Source of the DNA: Solirubrobacteraceae bacterium | GTDB lineage: Bacteria; Actinomycetota; Thermoleophilia; Solirubrobacterales; Solirubrobacteraceae | Direction: 5' to 3' | Assembly: GCA_036506755.1 (NCBI GenBank) | Contig: DASXRF010000189.1 | Span: 1 to 36,455, forward strand | Length of the DNA stretch: 36,455 bases | Translations under genes and position numbers: made by a program | In this document: positions 23,808 through 32,524 of the stretch, piece after piece | How positions within the stretch are numbered: the stretch's first letter is position 1 | Layout: every line of letters starts with the position of its first letter | The notes under the pieces: model-generated | What the model was told of the DNA's origin: nothing | What the model saw: only the letters and a program-made list of their open reading frames with translations | Databases searched by the model: none

Positions 23808-26800
23808 GTGTCATCGGACCGCAATCTGGACGGACGTCGTATCGGCGAATGCGTTCGCCGGTCCGAAAGTCCGAATGTGCCACGCCGAAAGATCGCAGCG
23901 CGCAGCCTGCGCGCGCCCGCCTGCCCGCGCCCGTCGGTGCTGGGCGGTGCCCTCGCGCTCTTCGTGCTGGCCGCGATCGCCGTCATCGGGCTCGACGGCC
24001 TGGGCAACGCGGCCGCCGCCGCCAAGCGCCTGGCCGACCTGCGCGTCACCGCCGCCAAGGCTGCCGCCGGCGACGGCCGCGTAACCGTCACCGCGACCGT
24101 GCGCAACGCCGGCCGCGCGGCCTCCCGCGCGACCGACATCGCGATCGTCCTCTCGCGCGACGCGGTCCGGGGCCCCGACGACGTCAGCCTCGTCAAGACG
24201 AAGCTCAAGGCCCTCAAGCCGCGCAAGAGCGCGACCGTGCGCCTCGCGGTCCAGCCGCCGGCCGCCGCGAGCCTCGACGCCGGCACCTGGCTGCTGCTCG
24301 CCTGCGCCGACGATCGCCGCGCCGTCAAGGAGGGCAAGGAGACCGACAACTGCCGGCGCGCGTCGTCGCTGCAGGGCACCAAGGCGGCCCCCTCCGGCCC
24401 CGCGGCCCCCGCGAGCCCCGCCGCACCGACTGCGCCCGCGAGCCCGGCGGCCCCGGCTCCAAGCGCGCCGAACACGCCGTCCACGCCGACCACCCCGTCG
24501 CCGCCCTCCACGCCGCCCGCGGACACCACGGCGCCCGAGACCCTGATCACCGACGGCCCGACCGGCACGGTCACCGCCGACTCGGTGACGTTCACCTTCA
24601 CCTCCTCGGAGTCCGGCGGGCGCTTCGAGTGCCAGGTCGACCTCAACGGCTGGACGCCCTGCGCCTCCCCGCACGTCCTCAGCGACCTGCCCGGCGGCGA
24701 CCGCCGCTTCGACGTGCGCGCCGTCGACGCCGCCGGCAACACCGACTCCTCGGCGGCCTCGCGCACCTGGACGCTGGTGCGCCCCGCGCCGGCGCCCGGC
24801 CCGACCGACGCCCCCGCCGCCGACCCCGAGATCGTCGCGCCGGCCGTCGACCAGGCCGCGCCGGAGAGCGTCTTCGAGGCGACCTCCTTCCTCTTCGAGG
24901 GCGCCAACCCCATCCAGGTCGGCGTCGAGCAGGGGGCGATCGCCGAGCAGCGCGTCGCCGTCCTGCGCGGCTGCGTGCGCTCGCGCCTCGACAGCCCGCT
25001 CGAGGGCGTGCGCGTGACCGTCGTCGACCACCCCGAGCTGGGACGCACGAGCACGCGCGTCGACGGGTGCTTCGACCTGGCCGTCAACGGCGGCGGCGCC
25101 GTGACGCTCGAGTTCGAGCGCGAGGGCTACGTCCCGCTGCAGCGGACGGTCGAGCCCGGCTGGGAGGACTACGACCGCGTCGAGCAGGTCGTGCTCGTCC
25201 CCTACGACGTGCAGGCCACCGAGGTCGACCTCGCCGACCCGACCGCCACCGTCCAGGTCGTGCGCGGCTCGGAGGTCTCCGACCCCGACGGCGACCGCCA
25301 GGCCACGCTCATGTTCGACGCCGGCACCGACGCGGTGATGGAGCTGCCGGACGGCTCGACGCGCCCGCTCGACCAGATGCGCGTCCGCGCGACCGAGTTC
25401 ACGATCGACCCCGCCGGCGGGCCCGACCAGGGGACCGCCGCCATGCCGGGTGACCTGCCGCCGACCTCGGCCTTCACCTACGCCGCCGAGTTCAGCGTCG
25501 ACCAGGCCGTCCGCGCCGGCGCGACCGAGGTCCGCTTCGACAAGCCGGTCGCCACCTACCTCGAGAACTTCCTCGACATCGACGTCGGCGAGGCGGTCCC
25601 GGCCGGCTGGTACGACCGCGAGGAGGGCGTGTGGAAGGCCGGCCGCGACGGACGCGTCATCAAGGTGCTCGCCGAGCAGGACGGCGTCGCGCAGATCGAC
25701 GTCACCGGCGACGGCCAGGCCGACTCGGGCGCCGCGCTCGACGCGCTCGGCATCGACGCCGCCGAGCTGCGCCGCGTCGCCCAGCTCTACGCGCCGGGCG
25801 ACGAGCTGTGGCGCATGTCGATCGACCACTTCACGCCGTGGGACTTCAACTTCCCCTACGGCCCGCCCGACGACGCCCGCCCGCCGCAGCTGCCCAAGAG
25901 CGCCGGCGGAGGCGGCGGCGGAGGCGGCGGTGGCGGCGGCGGCCCCAAGGGCGGCCCGAAGGACCCGGACTGCAACAAGACGAACTCGATCATCAGCTGC
26001 CAGCGCCAGAGCGTCGCCGAGGAGGTCCCGGTCGCCGGCGCGCCGTTCGCCCTGCGCTACGACAGCGACCGCGTCCCCGGACGCGCGGACGCCTTCAACC
26101 TCGTCGTCCCCGTCGGGCCGGCGCCGGCGTCGGCCAAGGAGATCCGCGTCACGGTGGACGTCGCCGGACGGCGCCTGGCCGCCACGCTGCCGCGGACGTC
26201 GACCCGCTGGCTGGCGACGTGGGACGGCAAGGACGGCTTCGGGCGCTCCGTGCTCGGCGAGCAGGAGGCCCACATCGAGGTCTCCTACGTCTACGCCGCC
26301 CAGTACCGCGCCTCGGCGTCGGCCTTCGCCGCCTCCTTCGGCGCCTTCTCCGGCAGCCGCGTGATCGGCGACAAGGCGCGGCGCGAGATCACCGCCTCGC
26401 AGTCGTGGACGACGACCATGGGCGGCTGGAGCCCGCGCGCGGTCGGCCTCGGCGGCTGGACCGCCACGATCCATCACGCCTACGACCCGATCGGCAAGCG
26501 GCTGCTCCTCGGCGACGGCCGCGAGGTCTCGGTCGCCGACGACGTGCGCCTCCAGCTCCTCGAGCACTTCGCCGGCCGCGACTGGAGCTCGAACGCCGAG
26601 CCGACACTCGCCCGCCAGACGACGCTCTCCGGCCCCGCCGGCCTGGCGATCGCGCCCGACGGCGCGGTGATCCTCGCCGAGCGCGACGGCCAGGACGTCC
26701 GCCGCCTGGCGTCCGACGGCTCGAAGGTCGACAACGTGATCGGCACCGGAACGGCCGGGGCGTCGGGCGACAACGGCCCGGCGGCGGAGGCGCAGGTCGC

Positions 26801-29800
26801 CTCGCCACAGGCGGTCGCGGTCGCCCCCGACGGCGCCGTCCTCGTGGCCGACACGATGAACAACCGCGTGCGCCGCATCGAGCCCGACGGCTCGAAGGTC
26901 ACGACGATCGCCGGCGGCGGCTCGCCCGCCGACGGCCTCGGCGACGGCGGCCCGGCCACCGCGGCGCGCCTGCGCCGCCCGGCCGGCATCGTCGCGGCCG
27001 CCGACGGCGCGGTGTACGTCAGCGAGTCCGCCGGGCATCGCATCCGGCGCATCGGCCCCGACGGGGTCATCACGACCGCGGCGGGCACCGGCGTGGCCGG
27101 CCTCGGCGGCGACGGCGGGCCCGGGCTCGAGGCCGAGCTCAACGGCCCCGAGGGCATGGCGATCGACGAGAACGGTGTCCTGTACGTCGCCGACACGCGC
27201 AACGACCGCATCCGCCGGCTGCGCCCCGACGGGATCCTCGAGACGGTCGCCGGCGGCGGTGCCGCGGGCAGCGGCGCGCGCGACGGCGTGCAGGCGACGA
27301 GCGCCGTGCTCGACCGCCCGCAGAGCGTCGCCGTGACGCTCGGCGGTGAGCTGCTCATCGCCGACACCGGGCACGCCCGCGTCCGGCGCGTCAACACCGA
27401 CGGCACGATCACGACCTTCGCCGGCGGCGGCACGGGCTCCACGGCGGGCGCCGCCGGCACCAGCCCCGCGGCCGTCCGCCTCGGCACGCCCGTCGCCGTC
27501 GCGGTGGCGCCCGACGGCACCGTCTACATCGTCGACGCGGACACCGCTCGCGTGCATCGCGTCGCCGCGCCGATGCAGGGCTTCGCCGACGGCGACATCC
27601 TCCTGCCGTCCTCCGACGGCAGCCAGATCTTCCAGTTCGACGCCTCCACCGGCCGCCACGAGCGCACGCTCGACGCGTTCACCCGCGTGCCCGTCTGGCG
27701 CTTCGGCTACGACGGCGACGGCCACCTGGCCTCGATCACCGACCGCGGCGGCAAGGTCACCCGGATCGAGCGCAACGCCGACGGGATCCCGACGGCCATC
27801 GTCGGCCCCCGCGGCCACCGCACGACCCTCGAGCTCGACGCCGACGGCTGGCTGCACAAGGTCACCGACGAGGCCGGGCGCGAGTCGTCGGCGACCTATC
27901 ACCCCGGCGGCCTCATCGCGAGCTTCACCGACGTCGCCGGCGAGTCGTCGAGCTACACCTACGACGACGACGGGCGCGTCGTCAGCTCGCGCAACGTCGC
28001 CGGCGGCGAGTCGACCTACACGCGCAGCGAGATCGACAACGGCGTGCGGATCGTCGCGCGCGACGCCGGCGGCCGCGAGACGACGTACGAGACGACGCAT
28101 CAGATCATCCCGCGCGACCCGGCCGACCCGGCTGCGGGCGGCGTCGAGGCGTCGGTCTTCGAGATCACGCTGCCGACTGGCGCCAAGCGCCGGCAGGAGA
28201 CGCTCGCCGACGGCACCGTCCGCACGACGACCGAGGACGGCACGTCAACCGTCGACCACACCGCGCCCGATCCGCGCTGGGGCGTCCTCGTCGCCTCCCT
28301 CGAGCGCAGCGAGAGCCGCACGCCGGGCGGCCGCACGTCCGTGATGACGACCACCCGCACGGTCGAGCTGGCGGACGCCGCCAACCCGCTGAGCCTGACC
28401 CGCCAGGTCGACGCCAGGACCGTCAACGGCCAGACGAGCACCAGCACGTTCGACTTCGCGTCGCTGCAGCTCACCGAGCAGTCGCCTACCGGACGGCGGC
28501 GCGTGATCACGTACGGCGCTCCCGAGGAGGGCGCCGCCGCCGGGCGGCCCGCCAGCGACCGCAGCGACGACCTGCCCGCCACCACCATGACCTACGACCA
28601 GTGGGGCAGGGTCACGCGCGTCGCCCAGGGCGAGCGCGACACCGTCTACACGTACGACGCGCGCGGCCGCGTCATCCAGACGACCGACGCGACGGGCCGC
28701 ACCCACCACTACGGCTACGACGACGCCGACCGGGTCGTCGACAGCCGCGCCGGCGCCGGCGGGCCGACGGTCTACGGCTACGACCCGCGCGGGATGCTCG
28801 CCGCGCTGACGACGCCCGACGGCGTCACGACGTCGCTGACGTACGACGTCTTCGGCCGGTTCGCCTCGTGGCAGAGCCCGGCGGCCGCCTCCGGCGGCGC
28901 GCTGCCGGCGGCGCGCACATGGGACTACCGCACCGACGGCTCGCTGCGGCGAAAGACCACCGAGGACGGCCGCGACATCGACTACGCCCTCGACGCCGGC
29001 GGGCGCCCGGCGAGCGTGACCACGCCCGAGGCGACCGTCGAGCGCGGCTACGCCGGCGACACGACGCGCACCGCCGCGCTGGCCCGCGTCCCCGGCTCCG
29101 GGACGGAAGAGCGCACGACGTACAGCTACGACGGCGCGCTCTCGACCGGCGAGACGGCGACGGGGTCGGCCCCGTTCTCCGTGGCCTACGCCTACAACGG
29201 CTGGGACAAGGGCATCGAGACGGCGACACTGACCAGCGGCGCGGACACCGTGACGACCGCGTACGCGCGCAACGCCGACGGCAACGGCACGCAGCTCGGC
29301 CCGTACGCGATCACCCGCGGTGGCCCGCTGGGCGCGCCCGTCTCCTACACCGCCGGCACCGACGTCCTCGCCTTCGGCTACGACGAGCTCGGGCGCCCGC
29401 ATCAGCGCACGCGGACGGTCGACTCCCGCCCGGTGCACCAGCTCACCGTCGAGCACGACGCCGGCGACCGGATCACCTCGGTCACCCAGCGCGTCGGCAC
29501 CGGCGCCGACGAGACGCGCACCTACGACTACGACGAGGACGGCCGGCTGACCGCGGTGCGTGACGGCGGCGGTGAGGTCGAGGCCTACGGCTACGACGCG
29601 CGCGGCAACCGGACCTCCGCCCGCCGCGGCGCCGACCCGGCCCGCACGGCGACGTACGACAGGCGCGACCGCGTCACCGCGGTCGACCTCACGCCCTACG
29701 GCTATGACGAGGCCGGACGCCTGACCTCCCGCGGCGCTGACACGTTCGCCTACGACGCCGAGGGCCGCCTGCTGCGCGCCACCGTCGGCGGCGACGCGTG

Positions 29801-30797
29801 GAGCTTCGCCTACGACGCGATCGGCCGCCGCGTGGCCAAGACCGGGCCGGCGGGCACGTGGGCGTACCTGTACGGCGACCCGGCCGACATCGACCGCGTC
29901 ACCGCCGTGCGCGAGCCGGGCGGGACGCTGACCACCCTGCGCTACGACGAGCTCGGCAAGCCGCTGGCCATCGAGCGCGGCGGCACGCGCTACGCGGTCG
30001 CCGTCGACCAGGTCGGCACGCCCGTCGCCGTCGCCGACCCGTCAGGCGCGATCGTCAAGCGCGTCCAGCGCGACGCCTACGGCGAGCTCGTCGACGACAG
30101 CGACCCGTCGTTCTTGCTGCCGGTCGGCTTCGCCGGCGGCCTCGACGACCGCGAGCTCGGGCTCGTCCACCTCGGCGCCCGCGACTACGAGCCGGCGACC
30201 GCGCGGTTCACGACGCCGGACCCCGCCGGGTTCTCCGGCGGCCAGACCAACCTCTACGCGTACACCGGCGGCGACCCCGTCGACCGGCGCGACCCGCACG
30301 GCCTGATGGCGCAGCACGAGCTCGGGCCGGCCGACGGCGGCTGGGGCGGGCCGACCTACGTGCCGCCGCGTGCGCCGGACCCGGTCATCGGCTGCGCCGG
30401 CGGCGCGGTCTACGGGATCATCGGCGGCGGCGTCAAGAAGTGCTGGGACTCCGACGGCAAGTCGGTCACGTGCGCGGAGTTCGGCATGGGCATCGGCGTC
30501 GAGGGCACGATGGAGCTGCCCTCGCAGCTGCCGAGCCTGGGCACCTCGGTCGGCTTCAAGGGCGGCCTCGAGGTCGGCGTGGGCGGCATCGGCGGGCAGG
30601 CCACGATGGCCTCCAACCTCGACAAGTGCGGCCGGCCCAAGTCGCCGGCGTTCAACTGGGCCGCAGGAGCGGGGGTCGGCGTGATCGGCGGCGAGATCGG
30701 CAGCGACGGCCCCAAGGTCGGCGTGCTCAAGGGCCACGGCGCCGGGAAGCTCGGCGCCAGCGGCCGCGGCATGGTCGAGAAGTGCTGGGAGTCGTGA
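23808..30797 (+). CDS. RHS/YD-repeat polymorphic toxin, teneurin-like architecture (2329 aa)
   Basis: Domains in order:
- TM/signal anchor (VLGGALALFVLAAIAVIG).
- CARDB-like domain.
- Pro-rich linker.
- One Ig-like module (SSESGGRFECQVD...VRAVDAAGNTD).
- Carboxypeptidase-regulatory-like domain (GVRVTVVDHPELGRTSTRVDGCFDL).
- Six NHL-type repeats (about 26626-27560).
- Many YD repeats (YTYDDDGRV, YGYDARGN...).
- RHS core end (ARDYEPATARFTTPDPAGFSGGQTNLYAYTGGDPVDRRDPHGL).
Alternative start: GTG 23877. Confidence 0.92.
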   Translation: MSSDRNLDGRRIGECVRRSESPNVPRRKIAARSLRAPACPRPSVLGGALALFVLAAIAVIGLDGLGNAAAAAKRLADLRVTAAKAAAGDGRVTVTATVRNAGRAASRATDIAIVLSRDAVRGPDDVSLVKTKLKALKPRKSATVRLAVQPPAAASLDAGTWLLLACADDRRAVKEGKETDNCRRASSLQGTKAAPSGPAAPASPAAPTAPASPAAPAPSAPNTPSTPTTPSPPSTPPADTTAPETLITDGPTGTVTADSVTFTFTSSESGGRFECQVDLNGWTPCASPHVLSDLPGGDRRFDVRAVDAAGNTDSSAASRTWTLVRPAPAPGPTDAPAADPEIVAPAVDQAAPESVFEATSFLFEGANPIQVGVEQGAIAEQRVAVLRGCVRSRLDSPLEGVRVTVVDHPELGRTSTRVDGCFDLAVNGGGAVTLEFEREGYVPLQRTVEPGWEDYDRVEQVVLVPYDVQATEVDLADPTATVQVVRGSEVSDPDGDRQATLMFDAGTDAVMELPDGSTRPLDQMRVRATEFTIDPAGGPDQGTAAMPGDLPPTSAFTYAAEFSVDQAVRAGATEVRFDKPVATYLENFLDIDVGEAVPAGWYDREEGVWKAGRDGRVIKVLAEQDGVAQIDVTGDGQADSGAALDALGIDAAELRRVAQLYAPGDELWRMSIDHFTPWDFNFPYGPPDDARPPQLPKSAGGGGGGGGGGGGGPKGGPKDPDCNKTNSIISCQRQSVAEEVPVAGAPFALRYDSDRVPGRADAFNLVVPVGPAPASAKEIRVTVDVAGRRLAATLPRTSTRWLATWDGKDGFGRSVLGEQEAHIEVSYVYAAQYRASASAFAASFGAFSGSRVIGDKARREITASQSWTTTMGGWSPRAVGLGGWTATIHHAYDPIGKRLLLGDGREVSVADDVRLQLLEHFAGRDWSSNAEPTLARQTTLSGPAGLAIAPDGAVILAERDGQDVRRLASDGSKVDNVIGTGTAGASGDNGPAAEAQVASPQAVAVAPDGAVLVADTMNNRVRRIEPDGSKVTTIAGGGSPADGLGDGGPATAARLRRPAGIVAAADGAVYVSESAGHRIRRIGPDGVITTAAGTGVAGLGGDGGPGLEAELNGPEGMAIDENGVLYVADTRNDRIRRLRPDGILETVAGGGAAGSGARDGVQATSAVLDRPQSVAVTLGGELLIADTGHARVRRVNTDGTITTFAGGGTGSTAGAAGTSPAAVRLGTPVAVAVAPDGTVYIVDADTARVHRVAAPMQGFADGDILLPSSDGSQIFQFDASTGRHERTLDAFTRVPVWRFGYDGDGHLASITDRGGKVTRIERNADGIPTAIVGPRGHRTTLELDADGWLHKVTDEAGRESSATYHPGGLIASFTDVAGESSSYTYDDDGRVVSSRNVAGGESTYTRSEIDNGVRIVARDAGGRETTYETTHQIIPRDPADPAAGGVEASVFEITLPTGAKRRQETLADGTVRTTTEDGTSTVDHTAPDPRWGVLVASLERSESRTPGGRTSVMTTTRTVELADAANPLSLTRQVDARTVNGQTSTSTFDFASLQLTEQSPTGRRRVITYGAPEEGAAAGRPASDRSDDLPATTMTYDQWGRVTRVAQGERDTVYTYDARGRVIQTTDATGRTHHYGYDDADRVVDSRAGAGGPTVYGYDPRGMLAALTTPDGVTTSLTYDVFGRFASWQSPAAASGGALPAARTWDYRTDGSLRRKTTEDGRDIDYALDAGGRPASVTTPEATVERGYAGDTTRTAALARVPGSGTEERTTYSYDGALSTGETATGSAPFSVAYAYNGWDKGIETATLTSGADTVTTAYARNADGNGTQLGPYAITRGGPLGAPVSYTAGTDVLAFGYDELGRPHQRTRTVDSRPVHQLTVEHDAGDRITSVTQRVGTGADETRTYDYDEDGRLTAVRDGGGEVEAYGYDARGNRTSARRGADPARTATYDRRDRVTAVDLTPYGYDEAGRLTSRGADTFAYDAEGRLLRATVGGDAWSFAYDAIGRRVAKTGPAGTWAYLYGDPADIDRVTAVREPGGTLTTLRYDELGKPLAIERGGTRYAVAVDQVGTPVAVADPSGAIVKRVQRDAYGELVDDSDPSFLLPVGFAGGLDDRELGLVHLGARDYEPATARFTTPDPAGFSGGQTNLYAYTGGDPVDRRDPHGLMAQHELGPADGGWGGPTYVPPRAPDPVIGCAGGAVYGIIGGGVKKCWDSDGKSVTCAEFGMGIGVEGTMELPSQLPSLGTSVGFKGGLEVGVGGIGGQATMASNLDKCGRPKSPAFNWAAGAGVGVIGGEIGSDGPKVGVLKGHGAGKLGASGRGMVEKCWES
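30306..30794 (+). other. C-terminal variable (toxin) domain of the RHS protein, 163 aa, very Gly-rich, unrecognised family
   Basis: It begins immediately after DPHGL (30291-30305). KKCWDS near its start and EKCWES at its end bracket the domain. Repeated G-x-G-V-G-G-I-G-G-like stretches are present. No obvious nuclease, deaminase or ART catalytic motif. Confidence 0.6.
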
Positions 30798-32524
30798 TGG
30801 CGCGCCGGCTCCTGCCCGCGCTCGGCGCGCTGGCGGCCCTCCTGGGCGCGGCGAGCCCCGCCGCAGCCGCCACATGCGACCGCACGTGGAACGGCTCGGT
30901 GTCGTCGTCGTGGTCCGTCGCCGAGAACTGGACGCCGGCCGGCGTGCCGGCGTCGACGGAGAACGTCTGCGTGCCGGCGGTCGCCGCGACCGACGAGGTC
31001 CTCGTCGACGGCGGCGGCCAGGCCGCTTCGATCACCGGCGACGAGCCCGTCCACGTCAACCGCGGCACCCTTCGCGTCGCGACCGGCCGCCTCGGCTCGC
31101 TGCTCGTCGACGGCGGCGTCCTGCAGGTCGACGGCCAGGAGCTGCTCGTCGACGGCACGCTCGACATCCGCGGCGGCAGCTTCGACGGTGCCGGAACGCT
31201 CGCCGTCGCGCCGGGCGCCTCGATGACCGTCACCGGCGCGCCCGGCTTCGCCAGCCTGACCGTCGACGTCCGCGGCGACGGCGCGTGGACCTCCGCGCTG
31301 CCCGGCAACCCGAACATGCGCGCCGGCGCGCGGCTGCTCGTCACCGGCACGATGGACTTCGCCGCCGACGACGGGACGACGATGATCGACAGCTCCTGCT
31401 GCTGGGACACGCAGCCACGGATCGTCGTCGCGCCGGGCGGCGTGGCCACGCGCTCGGTGCCGGGACAGATGGACTTCTTCGTCCCGTTCGAGGTCGACGG
31501 CGACCTCGCGCCGGCGGCCGGCGAGCTGCGCCTGCGGGCCGGCCTCGCCGGCGGCTCGTCGGGGTCGGTCGGCGGCGCCGGCATGGTCGACATCGCCGGC
31601 GGCTCGTCCGGGACGCTCGAGGCCGGCGCGACCATCGCCGGCCGCGTCGAGCTGACCGGCGGCACGACGAGGCTCGCCCTCGGCGCGACGATCACCGGCA
31701 CGCCCGAGGGCCGGCTCGACGTCGCCGGCGGCAACCTGACCGGCGACGGCGGGCTCGACCTGCTGGGCACGCTCGTGCTGTCGGGCGGCGAGCTGTCGGG
31801 GACCGGCGCGACGACCGTCGGCAACCTCGAGATCACCGGCTCGCCCGCGCTGCACGATCGCGCGGTGCTGACGACCGGCGGCGGCAAGTGGACCTCGAGC
31901 GGCACCGCCTCGGTCCCGATCATGACCGGGACGGCTGCGATCAACATCGGCGGCACGTTCGACATCCAGGCGACCGACGGCTCCTACCTCGAGGACTACC
32001 GCTTCGGCTACTGGACCAACAGCCCCGTGGTGCGCGCGCTGCCCGGCGGCACGATCACCCGGACCGTCCCGGGCGAGGCGGGCTCCGACATCCCGTTCGA
32101 GGTCGACGGCGCGATCGCGCCGTCGGTCGGCGAGCTGCGCCTCGCCGCGGGTCTCCGGGACACGTCGACGGGCCGCTTCGGCGGCACGGGGCTGGTGACG
32201 ATCGCCGGCGGCTCCAGCGGGGTCATCGGGGACGGCGCGCAGGTGACGGGCAACCTGAAGGTCGCGGGCGGCACCACGACGCTCGCCGGGACCGTGACTG
32301 GCACCGCCGACGGGGTCCTCGAGGTGGCCGGGGGAACGCTGACCGGCGCCGGCGACGTCGACCTCGCCGGCGGCCTGACGCTCTCGGGCGGTGACTTCAC
32401 GGGGTCGGGCACGGCCCGGGCGGTCAACCTCGACCTCCATGACGCGCCGTTCATCTTCGATCGGACGGTCGAGGTGACGGGGACCGGGGCCTGGACGGGC
32501 GAGAACTCGGTGCCGACGATCTAG
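30797..32524 (+). CDS. Secreted beta-helical repeat protein (autotransporter-passenger-like beta-strand repeats), first 575 codons up to an in-frame TAG
   Basis: The ATG overlaps the RHS TGA (TGATG). Signal peptide MARRLLPALGALAALLGAASPAAAA. N-terminus TWNGSVSSSWSVAENWTPAGVPASTENVCV is typical of such beta-helix proteins. It carries ~200-aa modules. Confidence 0.8.
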   Translation: MARRLLPALGALAALLGAASPAAAATCDRTWNGSVSSSWSVAENWTPAGVPASTENVCVPAVAATDEVLVDGGGQAASITGDEPVHVNRGTLRVATGRLGSLLVDGGVLQVDGQELLVDGTLDIRGGSFDGAGTLAVAPGASMTVTGAPGFASLTVDVRGDGAWTSALPGNPNMRAGARLLVTGTMDFAADDGTTMIDSSCCWDTQPRIVVAPGGVATRSVPGQMDFFVPFEVDGDLAPAAGELRLRAGLAGGSSGSVGGAGMVDIAGGSSGTLEAGATIAGRVELTGGTTRLALGATITGTPEGRLDVAGGNLTGDGGLDLLGTLVLSGGELSGTGATTVGNLEITGSPALHDRAVLTTGGGKWTSSGTASVPIMTGTAAINIGGTFDIQATDGSYLEDYRFGYWTNSPVVRALPGGTITRTVPGEAGSDIPFEVDGAIAPSVGELRLAAGLRDTSTGRFGGTGLVTIAGGSSGVIGDGAQVTGNLKVAGGTTTLAGTVTGTADGVLEVAGGTLTGAGDVDLAGGLTLSGGDFTGSGTARAVNLDLHDAPFIFDRTVEVTGTGAWTGENSVPTI

